A stretch of DNA of 64,000 nt, taken from positions 6,214 to 70,213 of the forward strand of contig JACZRQ010000001.1 of assembly GCA_022574655.1 (NCBI GenBank). The letters run 5' to 3'. Both the position numbers and the translations under genes were made by a program. The notes under the pieces are model-generated. The model did not search any database. It saw only the letters and a list, made by a program, of their open reading frames with translations, and was not told the origin of the DNA. The stretch comes from Chloroflexota bacterium. Its GTDB lineage: Bacteria; Chloroflexota; Dehalococcoidia; SM23-28-2; RBG-16-64-32. How positions within the stretch are numbered: the stretch's first letter is position 1; every line of letters begins with the position of its first letter. Of the stretch, positions 10,003-17,747 are shown one piece after another.

Positions 10003-10784
10003 TCCTCTCCCAGTACGGTTCCCGCGAATTCTCCGCGAACGACCGAGGCCAGCGCGCCTTCGCTCCGTCCATCGACGATGACGCCACGGCATCCTGCCCG
10101 AACGGCGCTGAGGCAGGCCTCGACCTTCGGTATCATACCGCCTTGTATCACGCCAGAATCTATCAGGCTTTTCGCTTCTTCGGATGACACGCGGGACAGC
10201 GAATCGCCTCCTTCACCTCGTATCCCCGGCACGTCCGTCAGGAACACGAGCCAGCGTGCCTTTAGTGCGGCGGCGATCGCTCCGGCCATTGAGTCCGCGT
10301 TGATGTTCAGAAGCTGATCTGTCGCCCGGTCCCCCTCCCAGAGAAGGCCGATCGGAGCGATTACCGGGATTACGCCGGTCATCGTGATCCCCTCCAGTAC
10401 GCGCGAGTCCACTTCCGTCACGTCCCCGACGAAGCCAAGCTTCTCGTCTCGCAGCTTTGCCCGGATCATACCCGCGTCGACGCCGGACATCCCGACAGCG
10501 CGCGCGCCCAGCTTCGTCAACGAGGCCACGATCCGTTTGTTTATCAGACCGGCGAGGACGGCCACGACGACGTTCAGCGACTCTTCGTCGGTGACTCGCA
10601 GGCCGTTCTCGAAGCGCGTGTGGATGTTATGTCGAGTCAGCCATTCGTTGATCAGCGATCCGCCGCCGTGCACAACGACGGAACGAACACCCCGGTGCTG
10701 TAATTCGGCCAAGTCTGTGAGGGTGGTGTCGTGGCTCCCAAGCGTGGAGCCGCCGATCTTGGCCACGAGGACGTCGTCTGTCAT
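9999..10784 (-). CDS. argB: acetylglutamate kinase
   Basis: 261 aa starting LVAKIGGSTLG...VVVHGGG, the amino-acid kinase family signature of ArgB. Confidence 0.85.
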   Translation of the reverse strand: MTDDVLVAKIGGSTLGSHDTTLTDLAELQHRGVRSVVVHGGGSLINEWLTRHNIHTRFENGLRVTDEESLNVVVAVLAGLINKRIVASLTKLGARAVGMSGVDAGMIRAKLRDEKLGFVGDVTEVDSRVLEGITMTGVIPVIAPIGLLWEGDRATDQLLNINADSMAGAIAAALKARWLVFLTDVPGIRGEGGDSLSRVSSEEAKSLIDSGVIQGGMIPKVEACLSAVRAGCRGVIVDGRSEGALASVVRGEFAGTVLGEE

Positions 10785-12004
10785 CAGGTTGTGTACAGGC
10801 TGTTGAGGCGAACGAACTCTTCAGTGAGATCGGAGCCCCAGGCGGTCGCCGACTCGGCGCCCCTCGCGAGGTTGACCCTGACGTGGATCTCCTGCGGGAT
10901 AAGGCACGCCTCCGCGGTGGCTCTGTCCAAGCCGGTGGGAGCGCCGTCCTTGAAGAGGCATAGGTCGCCGCCCTCAGGGCTTCTGAAGTACAGTTCGACG
11001 TTGTCGATGTCGAAGGCCGCACCGCTGTTCCCTACGGCCGCGAGGATGCGCCCGAAGTTTGGGTCGTGGCCCGTCATCGCTGTCTTCACGCCCGGCGACC
11101 TCACGATCTCGCGCGCGGCCTTACGGGCGTCCTCGTGCGATTCCGCTCCGTCGACGCGGACTTCGATGACTTTCGTACCGCCTTCCGCATCGGCGACCAT
11201 CGCCTTTGCGAGATGAGTACAGACGAGCTTCAGCGCCTCGCTAAACGGCCCGGCCTCGGGATGCCCGTCGGATATCGTGTCGCCACCGGCCATGCCGTTG
11301 GCCATCACCAGCGCCATGTCGTTTGTGCTGGTGTCGCTGTCGATGTCGATCATGTGAAACGAGACGTCGACTGCGTTCTTTAACGCCGTCTTCAGGAAAA
11401 CGGGCTCGACCGCCGCATCCGTAGTCAGGAAGCAAAGCATCGTTGCCATGTTGGGATGGATCATCCCAACGCCCTTGACCACGCCACCGACCGTCCACGC
11501 ACCGTGCTTGGCGGCGATGTACTTGGGCACGGTATCCGTCGTCATGATCGCGTTCGCGAAGTCGATTCCGCCCTCGGGTGTGAGGCCGATCTCCTTCACG
11601 CCGCTCGCGATCTTTTCCATCGGCAGGTGCGGCGGACCGATGACGCCCGTCGACGCCACGACCACATCGTGAGGATCGACGCCGAACTTCTCGCCGGCGA
11701 GCTGCGCCATCTCGATCGCGTCGGCGTGGCCCTGCTTGCCGGTGGCGCAGTTCGCACAGCCCGAGTTGGCGATGACTGCTTGCGCTCTGCCGTCTGCGAG
11801 ATGCGACTGGCTGATCAGCACGGGCGCCGCCTTCAGATTGTTGGTCGTAAACACCGCTGCTGTCGTACATGGCTTCTCGGAGTACAGCAGCGTCAGGTCA
11901 AGCTTCTCCCAGTCGCTACGAACGCCGACGGCCGCTGCTCCGGCGACGAAGCCCTTAGGCGTGGTGACAGTTCCTTCTGGTTGAATTTCGATTCCGTTGT
12001 CCAT
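10784..12004 (-). CDS. argJ: bifunctional glutamate N-acetyltransferase / amino-acid acetyltransferase ArgJ
   Basis: 406 aa containing the self-cleavage region ATMLCFLTTDA and the ArgJ fold signature. Confidence 0.85.
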   Translation of the reverse strand: MDNGIEIQPEGTVTTPKGFVAGAAAVGVRSDWEKLDLTLLYSEKPCTTAAVFTTNNLKAAPVLISQSHLADGRAQAVIANSGCANCATGKQGHADAIEMAQLAGEKFGVDPHDVVVASTGVIGPPHLPMEKIASGVKEIGLTPEGGIDFANAIMTTDTVPKYIAAKHGAWTVGGVVKGVGMIHPNMATMLCFLTTDAAVEPVFLKTALKNAVDVSFHMIDIDSDTSTNDMALVMANGMAGGDTISDGHPEAGPFSEALKLVCTHLAKAMVADAEGGTKVIEVRVDGAESHEDARKAAREIVRSPGVKTAMTGHDPNFGRILAAVGNSGAAFDIDNVELYFRSPEGGDLCLFKDGAPTGLDRATAEACLIPQEIHVRVNLARGAESATAWGSDLTEEFVRLNSLYTT

Positions 12005-12030
12005 CGTTGTGGTCCTCTCTAAGGATGCGA

Positions 12031-13050
12031 TTACGGGTATAGCGCCGGCATGTCGATACCCATGGTCTCCGGCAGCCCGAGCATAGCGTTCATGTTCTGG
12101 ATCGCCTGCCCTGCCGCGCCCTTAACGAGGTTGTCGAGGACGCTAACGACCACGAGCCTGTCAGTCCTTTGATCGACCGTCGGGTACACGTGGCAGGCGT
12201 TGGTGCCTCTCACCTGCTTCGTCGAGGGCGGGGCATCAACGATTCGGACGAACGGTTCGTCGCTGTAGAACTGTTGGTACAGCTCGCGAACCTCCACCTC
12301 CGTCTTCGTTGTTGATAGCGGCGCATAGCAGGTCGAGAGGATGCCACGCGTCATCGGGACCAAGTGTGGTGTAAACGTCACCTTCGGCGACTCGGACTCC
12401 CGCCACATCTTCCGTAGCTCCTGGACGATCTCCGGCAAATGCCGGTGCCCTTTGAGGCCGTACACCGACACGCTTTCTCCCGCCTCGGCGAGCAGCAGGC
12501 TCTGCTTGAGACCACGACCCGCGCCCGAGACACCGGACTTGGAGTCGATGATGATGTCTGGGCCGATGAGTCCGGCCTTGGCTGCGGGCGCCAGCGCCAG
12601 CAGCGCACTCTCGGGATAGCAGCCTGGGTTGGCGATTAGCTTCGATGCTTTCACCGCCTCGCGGTTGAGCTCAGTGAGGCCGTATGCGACCTTCGGAAGC
12701 AGTTCGGGCGCTGGGTGCTCGCCGCCATACCACTCGGCGTACTCCTTGGCGTCGTTGAGGCGGAAGTCGGCGCTGATATCGACGACGGGCACTCCCGATT
12801 GGACGAGGGGCGCGACGCTCTCTGCGCTGGCAGCGTGCGGCAGTGCCGAGAACACGAAGTCGACGTCGCCAAGCTCGGGGTCGACGGCCATGTCGTAGGC
12901 AGCGAGGTGCGGGAAGACTTCGGCGAGCTTCTTCCCGGCTTCGCTGCGGCCGGTGACGCTGGCGAGTTGGGCTTCGGGGTGGTTGTACAGCAAGCGAGCG
13001 AGTTCGGCGCCGGCATATCCTGTTACGTTCAGTATTCCCACTTTCACCAT
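12031..13050 (-). CDS. argC: N-acetyl-gamma-glutamyl-phosphate reductase
   Basis: MVKVGILNVTGYAGAELARLL matches the ArgC N-terminal Rossmann motif. The start is taken as the ATG at 13050, preceded by GGAGA; the ORF extends to 13083 but that stretch overlaps a terminator hairpin. Confidence 0.85.
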   Translation of the reverse strand: MVKVGILNVTGYAGAELARLLYNHPEAQLASVTGRSEAGKKLAEVFPHLAAYDMAVDPELGDVDFVFSALPHAASAESVAPLVQSGVPVVDISADFRLNDAKEYAEWYGGEHPAPELLPKVAYGLTELNREAVKASKLIANPGCYPESALLALAPAAKAGLIGPDIIIDSKSGVSGAGRGLKQSLLLAEAGESVSVYGLKGHRHLPEIVQELRKMWRESESPKVTFTPHLVPMTRGILSTCYAPLSTTKTEVEVRELYQQFYSDEPFVRIVDAPPSTKQVRGTNACHVYPTVDQRTDRLVVVSVLDNLVKGAAGQAIQNMNAMLGLPETMGIDMPALYP

Positions 13051-13062
13051 CGGACAGTCTCC

Positions 13063-13099
13063 AAAACTAAAAATCCCCACCACTCGTGTAGTGGTGGGG
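13063..13099 (-). terminator. intrinsic (rho-independent) terminator-like hairpin plus U-tract in the argC 5' leader; possible attenuator
   Basis: On the minus strand, a perfect 10-bp GC-rich stem CCCCACCACT / AGTGGTGGGG with loop ACACG (13099..13075) is followed by AUUUUUAGUUUU (13074..13063). The U-tract then runs straight into the argC RBS GGAGA and the AUG at 13050. Confidence 0.6.
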
Positions 13100-13123
13100 C
13101 GTTTCCGCTCTCGTTATCTGCGT

Positions 13124-13201
13124 CTAACGACGGGTACGACGAAGCCACCCAACCACTGGCTGGACTCGTCGCGGACGCGGGAATGCGTTAACTGCCGTCA
13201 T
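13124..13201 (-). other. candidate Arg-rich leader mini-ORF (25 codons) upstream of the terminator and argC
   Basis: The minus-strand ORF ATG..TAG encodes MTAVNAFPRPRRVQPVVGWLRRTRR (7 Arg in 25 residues, ending RRTRR-stop 25 nt before the terminator stem). A possible TTGACA -35 lies at 13240..13235, about 18 nt before a TAACGT -10-like hexamer. The base rate of Arg-rich small ORFs in high-GC DNA is high, so confidence is low. Confidence 0.25.
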
Positions 13202-13493
13202 GATTCGTATACGTTAGGGTGTGCGTACGGGCGGTGTCAAGGGAGAGGCACTGAGACGGACCGTCGGCCGATCTCGTTCAGTGTTAAGATTGGCGTCACC
13301 CTGAGACGGTCGATACAGTGATCAAGGCCACACCGACAAGAACGATCAACAGAAGGAGAGCCACCGCCACGATGAGCATTCGGGTTGACATTTCAGACTC
13401 TTCACGCATGGTTGGCCTGAGACCACTCTACGGTAGGCATCGTGATTCAAACCGTGACCCTGCTCACATCCCAGGCAAATCTATGAGCACACC

Positions 13494-14606
13494 ATGCTCA
13501 TAGTAGCACGCAAGAATCTCTTCTCAGAACGCGTACGGCTGGCGATCTCAGTGGGCGGTATCGCTCTGTCGGTGCTGCTGATCACTTTCCTCCTGGCGTT
13601 GTTCCGCGGCTGGAACGAGAAGGTCGGTGGGTTCGTGGAGGAGGTTGACGCAGATATTTGGATCGCACGCGAAGGCACGACCGACTTCTTGGTCGCCGCG
13701 TCGATCCTGCCGTTAGAGGGCGCCGACGAGCGCTTTGCCAGGATCGATTCGATCGAACGATGGAGTCCTTTGATTGCCGTACCCATGGGAGCCACCAAGG
13801 GCGACACCAAGATGGATATACAGCTGATCGGCTTCGATCCTGCTACGGGTATGGGCGGTCCAGTTCGCGTTACTGATGGTAAAAGCGTTCCGGGTCCCGG
13901 TGAGATGATTATCGACCAGGCGCTGACCAGCCGTTACGGGGTGGAGATCGGGGACTCGCTCAACGCTGCTGGAACCGACTGGGAAGTCGTTGGCAAGTCC
14001 ACCGGCGGCGATTTCGTGGCCTCGCAAGCGGTGTTCGTGACAATTGAGCAGGCTCAAGCAGCGCTGGTGATGGAGGGGCTCGCAACGTTCCTTCTGGTCG
14101 ATCTGGTTGAGATGAGAGACCCGGCTACTTACGCGCGAACCATCGCGGGTAATCAGCCGGGCGTAGTCGGCATAACCAGCGAGGAGTTTGCCGCCGCAAC
14201 CCGCGACCGGGTCCTCGGCGACGTAATTCCGATACTAACGGTGATCTTAATACTAGCGTTTATCGTTGGTCTGGCTGTGGCCGGACTGACGATCTACACG
14301 GCAACGGTTGAAAAAGCACGCGAATACGGGATTCTGAAGGCGGTGGGATTCCCGAACAGTTATCTGTACCGGGTGGTATTCGAACAAAGTATCGTGACTG
14401 GGCTGTTAGGCTTCGGCATCGGGACTGGCATAACCGTAGTGGCTGGGAGCTTCATTCAAGACCTTGTGCCACAGTTCGTCACACTCATCCGTTGGCAAGA
14501 CGTTCTCGCAGTGGCGGGCGTCACCCTGGTCATGTCGGTGCTCGCAGCATACGTACCGATACGTCGACTGGCCGCCATCGATCCAGTAGCGGTGTTTAAG
14601 GCATAA
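13494..14606 (+). CDS. ABC transporter permease, FtsX/MacB-like
   Basis: 370 aa with an N-terminal TM helix, a large extracytoplasmic domain and C-terminal TM helices, the MacB/FtsX-type architecture. It is followed by a cognate ATPase. Confidence 0.75.
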   Translation: MLIVARKNLFSERVRLAISVGGIALSVLLITFLLALFRGWNEKVGGFVEEVDADIWIAREGTTDFLVAASILPLEGADERFARIDSIERWSPLIAVPMGATKGDTKMDIQLIGFDPATGMGGPVRVTDGKSVPGPGEMIIDQALTSRYGVEIGDSLNAAGTDWEVVGKSTGGDFVASQAVFVTIEQAQAALVMEGLATFLLVDLVEMRDPATYARTIAGNQPGVVGITSEEFAAATRDRVLGDVIPILTVILILAFIVGLAVAGLTIYTATVEKAREYGILKAVGFPNSYLYRVVFEQSIVTGLLGFGIGTGITVVAGSFIQDLVPQFVTLIRWQDVLAVAGVTLVMSVLAAYVPIRRLAAIDPVAVFKA

Positions 14607-14610
14607 GAAG

Positions 14611-15453
14611 ATGGCTGACGACAGAGTAGCCCTTAGGCTCCGTGGCGTGACAAAGATTTACAGTCTTGCTGACTCCGAGGTGATTGCTCTGGACACCGTC
14701 GACTTCGAGGCTCAGGCCGGTCAGGTGGTGGTGATCATGGGCCCGTCCGGCGCCGGTAAAACAACGTTCCTCACGATCGCGGGCACGCTGATGAAGCCGA
14801 CCTCGGGAACGATAGAGGTCGCCGGCATCGAGACCACGAAGCTAAAGGAGAAAGAGCTGGCATCGATCAGGCGTGAGAACGTGGGCTTCATCTTTCAGAG
14901 CTTCAACCTACTTGAGTCACTGACAGCGCTGGAGAATGTGAGAGTGGTAGCCGCCGGCGGGATCACGGCACCGGCAAGCGATACCAACCGAGCGCGCGAA
15001 CTGCTGAACATGTTCGGACTGGACCATAGATTGCATTCGCTTCCGAGACAGCTCAGCGGCGGCGAGAAGCAGCGCGTGGCGATAGCGCGATCGCTGATGA
15101 ACAATCCAGAGATCATTCTGGCTGACGAGCCGACCGGAAATCTGGACTACAAGCGCGGTCAAGAAGTCATGGAGCTACTGCTGCAGATCTCGGTGGAGCT
15201 TCGCAAGGCGGTGGTGATCGTCAGTCACGACCATCGCGTCCGCGAGGTGGCGCACCGCTCGCTCTGGCTCCAGGACGGCAGCTTCCGGGACACGATAGTG
15301 ACGGCCAACGATCCGGTCTGCGGGCAGCTGGTAGAGGTCGATTCAGCCTCGGCGGTGACGTGGGAGAACAAGGACTATTACTTCTGTGCAGGCGAGTGCC
15401 GCCAGTTGTTCAAAGCGAACCAGCAGAAGTACGCAAAACGGGAATCAAAGTAG
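14611..15453 (+). CDS. ABC transporter ATP-binding protein with a C-terminal YHS metal-binding domain
   Basis: Walker A (GPSGAGKTT), signature (LSGGEKQRV) and Walker B (ILADEPT) are present. The C-terminal ~45 aa DPVCGQLVEVDSASAVTWENKDYYFCAGECRQLFKANQQKY match the YHS domain consensus (DPVCGM.V...YYFCS..C...F...P.KY). Confidence 0.8.
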   Translation: MADDRVALRLRGVTKIYSLADSEVIALDTVDFEAQAGQVVVIMGPSGAGKTTFLTIAGTLMKPTSGTIEVAGIETTKLKEKELASIRRENVGFIFQSFNLLESLTALENVRVVAAGGITAPASDTNRARELLNMFGLDHRLHSLPRQLSGGEKQRVAIARSLMNNPEIILADEPTGNLDYKRGQEVMELLLQISVELRKAVVIVSHDHRVREVAHRSLWLQDGSFRDTIVTANDPVCGQLVEVDSASAVTWENKDYYFCAGECRQLFKANQQKYAKRESK

Positions 15454-15460
15454 CCGGGAG

Positions 15461-15955
15461 ATGAATATAAGGGCCGGCTATACGTTGGCGGTCGTGATTG
15501 CGACGATCCTTAGTGTCCTGCAACTGTTTCTGCCCTGGATATCGCTCGATATTGAGGTGCCGATTCTGGGCTCAATCGGAAGCGCTACGCGATACGGCTA
15601 TGACGGTGATGGGCTGATCACGCTGCTCGTAGGCGTCATCGCGTTGGGATTCGCGGCTTACCTCTGCTCCGACGCCAGCACCAAGGCGTTTCGGCTTGTG
15701 ACCGTCTTCAACGGATGTCTTGGCGCTCTGATCGTAGCGATCGCAGTTGTGAATATCGTCGACTCAGAACGAGCGTTGGGCGACGCGCAGCAGCAGATCG
15801 GCATCGACCTCCAAGCGCTGGTTGGGATCGATCTGGACAACGCCACCAGCGTTGAATCTGGGATCTACGTTGCGATCGCTGCCGGCGCGGTTCTGGCGGT
15901 TTCGAGCGTGGGAGCGTGGATCGCTCATCGGTCGGCGGTTACGGAAAGCGGCTGA
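15461..15955 (+). CDS. hypothetical integral membrane protein
   Basis: The start is taken at MNIRAGY, preceded by GGGAG. It has four hydrophobic segments and no recognisable family. Confidence 0.5.
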   Translation: MNIRAGYTLAVVIATILSVLQLFLPWISLDIEVPILGSIGSATRYGYDGDGLITLLVGVIALGFAAYLCSDASTKAFRLVTVFNGCLGALIVAIAVVNIVDSERALGDAQQQIGIDLQALVGIDLDNATSVESGIYVAIAAGAVLAVSSVGAWIAHRSAVTESG

Positions 15956-15970
15956 CTCGGATGTCGGCGG

Positions 15971-16657
15971 CTAACCGGCCTTAGCGCCGACCAGGTTCCG
16001 CCCAAACGGGCAGCCGTCGAGCAACGGGCACTCATCACACTTTGGGCGCTGTGCGTGGCAGATGCGACGGCCGTGCTTGATGAGCGATATGTGGAACGGG
16101 TAGACGTCTTCGGGTTCGAGGATCGCCTCCAGAAGATCGTGTGACTTCTCAGCGGTCGCCTTCTTCGGCACCAGGCCGAGGCGCTGCGCCACGCGGTGCA
16201 CGTGCGTGTCAACCGGGAGAGCGGGTTTCCCGAGCGCGAACATGAGCACGCAGGCGGCGGTCTTCGGTCCGACGCCGGGAAGCGAGGTGAGCCACGACTT
16301 CGCGTCGGCCAGCGGCATCTCGCCGAGGAACGCTAGATCGAACGAGCCGCGCTGCTCCCAAACATCCTCCAGGACTCGCTTGATCCGCGGCGTCTTCACC
16401 TTGGCGAGGCCGCCGACCGAGATCGCGTCTTCGATCTCCGCTGGATCAGCCGCCATCAGCGACTCCCACGCCGGGAACCTCGAGGTCAATCGCATGAACG
16501 CGCGTCCCGAGTTCCCGTCGGAGGTGTTCTGCGAGAGGATCGTCAGCACGAGTTCGGTCATCGGATCGCCATGGATCCGCAGCTCGGGGGCGCCGTATAG
16601 GTCGGACAGCCGCCCGACGATCTCTTTAGGAGCGAGCTTAGCCGCCCTCGCCGGCAT
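15971..16657 (-). CDS. nth: endonuclease III (HhH-GPD DNA glycosylase with a 4Fe-4S cluster)
   Basis: 228 aa with a helix-hairpin-helix region (LPGVGPKTAACVL) and a C-terminal C-x6-C-x2-C-x5-C cluster (CHAQRPKCDECPLLDGC). Confidence 0.8.
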   Translation of the reverse strand: MPARAAKLAPKEIVGRLSDLYGAPELRIHGDPMTELVLTILSQNTSDGNSGRAFMRLTSRFPAWESLMAADPAEIEDAISVGGLAKVKTPRIKRVLEDVWEQRGSFDLAFLGEMPLADAKSWLTSLPGVGPKTAACVLMFALGKPALPVDTHVHRVAQRLGLVPKKATAEKSHDLLEAILEPEDVYPFHISLIKHGRRICHAQRPKCDECPLLDGCPFGRNLVGAKAG

Positions 16658-17674
16658 CTATGGGTTCGCCTCGAAGTACGCCCAGACCGCCACCGCCACG
16701 TCGCGGACCGGATCCAACGTGTACGAGGCGTCGGTCAGAACGGCGATGATGTATGGACCGGCCGGCCCCCAGACAATGGCTACGTCGTGCCCGGCGTTGG
16801 CGAAGCTGCCAGTCTTGTGGGCGATCGCCGTGCCGGCGGGGGCGCCGGCGATGACGCCGCCGGAGAAATGCTCCTGGCGCATGAGGCTCAGCATCTCCAG
16901 CCGCGAGGAGTCGGATACGCCCTCGCCGGAGGCAATGGCAGCGAAGAGGCGGGCCATACCATCCGCGGTTGCCGGGAGGGCGCGGTTCAAGAACTGCGTG
17001 TCCTCGATGCCCAGCTTGAGCAGCGTCTGATCAGCCGCGACGCCGACGAGGTCCTGCATCAGTACCGCGGTCGGCGTGTCGCTGGCGATCGTCATCGCAC
17101 GGATCGCGCCTTCGACGGTGATGATGTCGCCCTCTTCGAGACCGAGGAACTCCAGCGTGCCGAGGTCGTAGACGACGTACTTCTCCTCAAGCACTACCTC
17201 CATCGCGAAATCGAGATTGCCAGCGTCGCGCTGGATGAACGCCTCGTACATGAGACTCGACTTGAAGAGGCTGGCGCCGTAGTAGACGTTCGATTCGTTG
17301 AACGCGGCGTAGCGTCCATCAAGCAGGTTATGGACGACGACGGAGTACTCGCCGCCGAAGTCGGGCAGCGCCGTCTCGATGACGTTCTGTAGGTCAGCGT
17401 CTAGTGCGGGGTCTGCGAACGGGGACGGGAGAGCCGGAACGTTGACTGTGCTTTGGAGCCATTCGAGGGACTGCGGAGAGCGAGTCTGCGTGGGGCTGGG
17501 CCGTGGGGATGACGTCACGGCAGCAGTTGGAGTCGGCGTAGTGATAGTTACGGGAAGCGTCGGCGTCGCTGTTTCCAGGGGATTCTTGCCGCCGCCACAC
17601 GCGACGGCGACGAGGATGCCCAAGGCAACGACCAGTGGCAGCGAAGTCGAAACTGGCAAGCGAATCGTACTCAT
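16658..17674 (-). CDS. class A beta-lactamase-like serine hydrolase lipoprotein
   Basis: The signal/lipobox is VAVACGG, followed by a Pro/Thr-rich linker. S-x-x-K (SLFK) and KTG (HKTGS) motifs are present. Its stop abuts the nth start, suggesting one operon. Confidence 0.65.
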   Translation of the reverse strand: MSTIRLPVSTSLPLVVALGILVAVACGGGKNPLETATPTLPVTITTPTPTAAVTSSPRPSPTQTRSPQSLEWLQSTVNVPALPSPFADPALDADLQNVIETALPDFGGEYSVVVHNLLDGRYAAFNESNVYYGASLFKSSLMYEAFIQRDAGNLDFAMEVVLEEKYVVYDLGTLEFLGLEEGDIITVEGAIRAMTIASDTPTAVLMQDLVGVAADQTLLKLGIEDTQFLNRALPATADGMARLFAAIASGEGVSDSSRLEMLSLMRQEHFSGGVIAGAPAGTAIAHKTGSFANAGHDVAIVWGPAGPYIIAVLTDASYTLDPVRDVAVAVWAYFEANP

Positions 17675-17747
17675 TGTTAGACGGTGGCCAGCGCCAATAT
17701 ACTGAGTCTGGTCGACACCATATTAGTTTACGTGTAGAAGGGACGAA

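Noticed and set aside
13318-13503. 61-aa plus-strand ORF in the arg/ABC intergenic region (an internal ATG at 13373 has a GAAGGAGA motif 12 nt upstream)
   Set aside because: The product is basic and low-complexity, the spacing to the RBS-like motif is long, and it overlaps the start of the ABC permease gene. It is kept only as an alternative to the minus-strand mini-ORFs.
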